The translations under genes were made by a program, and so were the position numbers. Positions 55,771-59,144 of a stretch of DNA of 59,144 nucleotides are shown here, in pieces. This stretch comes from Hydrurus foetidus (lineage: Eukaryota). The notes under the pieces are model-generated. The model worked only from the letters and a program-made list of their open reading frames with translations, had not been told where the DNA came from and did no database searches. The DNA lies in contig UYFQ01000711.1 of assembly GCA_900617105.1 (NCBI GenBank), positions 1 to 59,144 of the forward strand. Reading direction: 5' to 3'. The first letter of the stretch is position 1, and every line of letters starts with the position of its first letter.

Positions 55771-58700
55771 GTGGTATACATGATTCTTTACATGATGTTT
55801 CAGTTAGAAATGTTGATATTGATGTGACTCGTGAAAAAATGCAAATGAATAAACATGTGAGATTTTCTGACTGTATATATATTAAAATTATAGATGATCC
55901 ACAGACAAAGAAAAAGACAGCCGTAGTCGATAGTGCAGTTTTCAGTTTAGATATAACGAATAATTCTGATGTTTTTTCCGATAATCAATTGTTGCTTGAT
56001 ACATGCGCTGGCGAATCCGTGTTTAGAACCGCTACACTGTTCTATGACATTGTGCCTGCTGTTACACCCATGATAGTTAATGGAGTCAATAGTAGAGGAG
56101 AGCCGATGGTTATAAGAGAGTGCGGTACGACGGACTTTTGGATTAGTATACTTTGACCCTAATTGTATAGCCAACATCTTGTCTTTTGCTAACATGGTAA
56201 ATAATTGTTACTCTATGAAGTATAGTAGTGGGAGCGATTTTTACAGTCTGCAGATTAAAAGAGGAGGATGCTGTTACTATTTCAACAGAGATGAAAAATA
56301 TAATATATATATATGTAACTTAGACACCATGGTAAGTAAGCCTAAGTTGATGTTAGTTACGACAGTTACAGATAAGATGAAGAAATATACAGTTAGACAG
56401 GTAAAACAAGCTGAGTTAGCTAGAGAATATCAGAGGAAATTAGGATATGCCAGTCCCGGTCAGGTAATTAAGCTTATAGGACAGGGTAAACTAGTTAACA
56501 GTGACATTACGGCACAAGATGTCGTTAGATCTTTAGATATCTGGGGTCCTGACTTAGGCACCCTAAAGGGGAAAACGCCAAGCCATCAGGCACAGGTTGA
56601 AGAAGAACAACCATTGTTAGATAACATACAAGACAGAGATCAGATTATGTACATAGATATTATGTTTGTCAACGGCAATCCATTTCTAATTGCCGTTGTA
56701 AAGCCATTAGAATACGTTATGGTGAATAAGTTGAATAATAGAGCTAATCTTACACTATGGACTAGCTTAGAGAGCGATATCAGGCACATAACTAAGTACG
56801 GATTCAGTTTAAATTTAGTTAGAGTTGATGGAGAGGGCGCCATCAATTCAGTATGGTTTGAGACTAAGTTAGCTACAATAGGTACTGCATTAGACACGAC
56901 GGGTGCAGGTGAGGCAGTTACCGTAGTTGAGCGTAAGATCAGACAGATTAAAGAAAGAGTTAGAGCAGTAATCAATACACTACCATTTTGATTAACGGAG
57001 AAGTTAGAAGGATGGTTAGTTAGATATGCTGTTAACCGAATAGTGTTAGTTCCGACAAGGAACACCGTAGACTTCGTCAGCCCCAGAGAGAAACTATACG
57101 GTAGGAAGATAAACGTAGACAAAGAACTGAAACACGGTTTTGGTGACTATGTCCAAGTGCATTCTGACAATATTGATAATAGTAATAAAGCCAGAACTTC
57201 AGGTGCTATCGCTCTGATGAGTAGCGGCAATCTAGAAGGATCTTGGTATTACATGTTACTCAGTAATGAACAGATAGTTAAACGCACTAAAGCCACATCA
57301 CTACCTATGCCTGATGAAGTTATTACTTACCTAAATGGATTATCTGATAAGAGAAACATTAGTAAGGGTAATAACACTAATCAACCTGTATTTGAACAGA
57401 ATAGGCGGGTGATTGATGATGATGGACTTGATTATGATGATCATAAAATCTATAATAATAATATGAGAAGATTTAGTAATTCACACATACCACATTCAGA
57501 TGAAATGTATGATGACTCATATGATGTTGAACCACTTGTGATACCTGAACTGTCTGATGTGCCAGTGATGACTGATGAAAATAATATTAATGATATGCCT
57601 GATAATGATGCCATGATGGATGATTATGCAGTGCAGCTAGATACTGATGATGCTGATTTTGAACCTGTTGAACATGACGATGTTGCGATGGAATATGATG
57701 CACCTGATGTAAACAGCACGTACGTTGATGACAATGTACTTACATATGATGAAACTGTTGATGCCATAGAAGATACGTACACAGTAGATGACGTACTTAC
57801 AGATGAACTACCTGAGATAGAACAGCCTGCTTTGAGACGTAGCGCTAGAAATCACCAGCCAGGTAGATGGGCATCCAACAGAGGAAATAAGAACATAGGA
57901 TGCTGTATACCTGAAGTGTTGCACCGCCTTGATTGTTCATATGCTTTTAACATGACTGTTAAAGACGGTATCGATAAGTTAGGTGATATAGCTATCGATT
58001 CCATTAGAAAAGAAATGCAACAGATGTGTGAGAAAGATGTGTGGGAAGGAGTGTTGATCAACTCACTAACACCATTACAACGTAACAACATCATAACCAG
58101 TAGTATGTTTTTAAAAGATAAGTATACTGCAGAAGGTAAATTCGATAAGTTAAAATCGAGATTAGTTGCAGGAGGTCATTTACAGGATAGAGATATTTAC
58201 GATAATGGCTCATCACCTACGGTTAGTACCACTAGTGTGTTTATAATTGCTTCAATTGCTGCGAAAGAGAATCGATCATTAGCTACGATAGATTTTCCAG
58301 GAGCATTTTTAAATAGCGATATGCCACTAGAGGGTAGTCACACTGTGTTTATGAGATTGAATAAATATTTGACTGGAGTTTTGACGTCCATTGATAAATC
58401 ATATATGAAATATGTTAATGATAAGGGTACATGCATTGTTAAATTGAAGAAAGCATTGTATGGATGTGTTGAATCTGCAAAATTGTGGTATGATAAAATT
58501 TCACATGACTTGTCCGTATTAGGCTATACTGCTAATGCTTATGACATGTGTGTGTTTAATCGGACTGAAAATAATAAATCACAAACCACATTGATCATCC
58601 ACGTTGATGACATGATGATATCGTGTTGCAATGACAAATATGTTGATATGGTAATTTATGAAATTGAAAAACTGTATCCCGGACTAACAAAACATCGAGG

Positions 58701-59144
58701 AAAAGTACTTAATTACATAGGCATGACTTTTAATTTCGAGACAGCGGGACAAGTGAAGATAACTATGGAAGGATTTATCAAAGAGCTGCTAGAAGACTGC
58801 AAAGAGATTTTAGGGGTGGCACCGACACCGGCCAAGCCGGATTTATTTACGGTTAAACCGGATACCTCTAACTCACTACTAACCACTTCTGCTCGTGAGT
58901 TCTTTCATTCCATTACAGCGAAGCTGCTATACTTAAGCAAAAGAGCGAGGCCGGATATTCTGACGCCGGTAGCGTTCCTGACGAAGCGGGTGACAAAACC
59001 ACAAGTGGACGACTTGAAAAAGCTGGAACGTACCATACAGTACGTACGCCACACTAGAGACCTTGGCCTCACACTACAGATAGAGGACCCCACCACCGTT
59101 ACATGCTATGTTGATGCTTCCTACGGAGTACATCACGACATGAA
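55761..59144 (+). pseudogene. pol: Copia #3 pol with a frameshift near 56140 and a nonsense codon at 56989-56991
   Basis: LLDTCAGES, IN core and RT (KSRLVAGG, LKKALYG, HVDD), start of RNase H (YVDASYG). LPF*LTEK here versus LPFSLNEK in Copia #2. Confidence 0.9.

Larger units (their letters stand above)
54156..59144 (+). mobile_element. Ty1/Copia LTR retrotransposon #3 (related to #2), runs off the window
   Basis: Probable LTR, then gag and a pol similar to Copia #2. Confidence 0.93.

Overview
Eukaryotic, intron-containing, transposon-dense window. A stramenopile/ochrophyte origin is inferred from the Copia types, the PT-repeat surface protein and the hybrid kinase; this is not proven. From left to right: (1) a frameshifted chromodomain Ty3/Gypsy element; (2) a degenerate Copia LTR carrying a MITE; (3) an intact single-ORF Copia; (4) a truncated copy of a triplicated surface-protein gene; (5) a deleted Ngaro/DIRS-type tyrosine-recombinase (YR) retroelement with a nested Tc1/IS630 transposon carrying a cargo gene; (6) a Crypton-like YR gene followed by a hairpin and 27 x 143-bp tandem repeats; (7) an apparently intact MULE; (8) two more surface-protein copies separated by a second MITE; (9) a syntaxin and an orphan ORF; (10) a 5-exon rhodopsin-like 8TM-histidine kinase-receiver gene; (11) two more Copia elements head to head. 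Best leads: all three Copia elements lack a tRNA-type PBS and carry covarying 10-11-nt self-complementarity between the PBS and their own LTR, as in Tf1 self-priming; two of them also have -1 slippery sites at the gag stop; the kinase looks like an enzyme-rhodopsin retaining the helix-7 lysine; and the YR/array system has its junctions at a common TACCTC site. Coordinates were counted by hand and may be off by a few bases.
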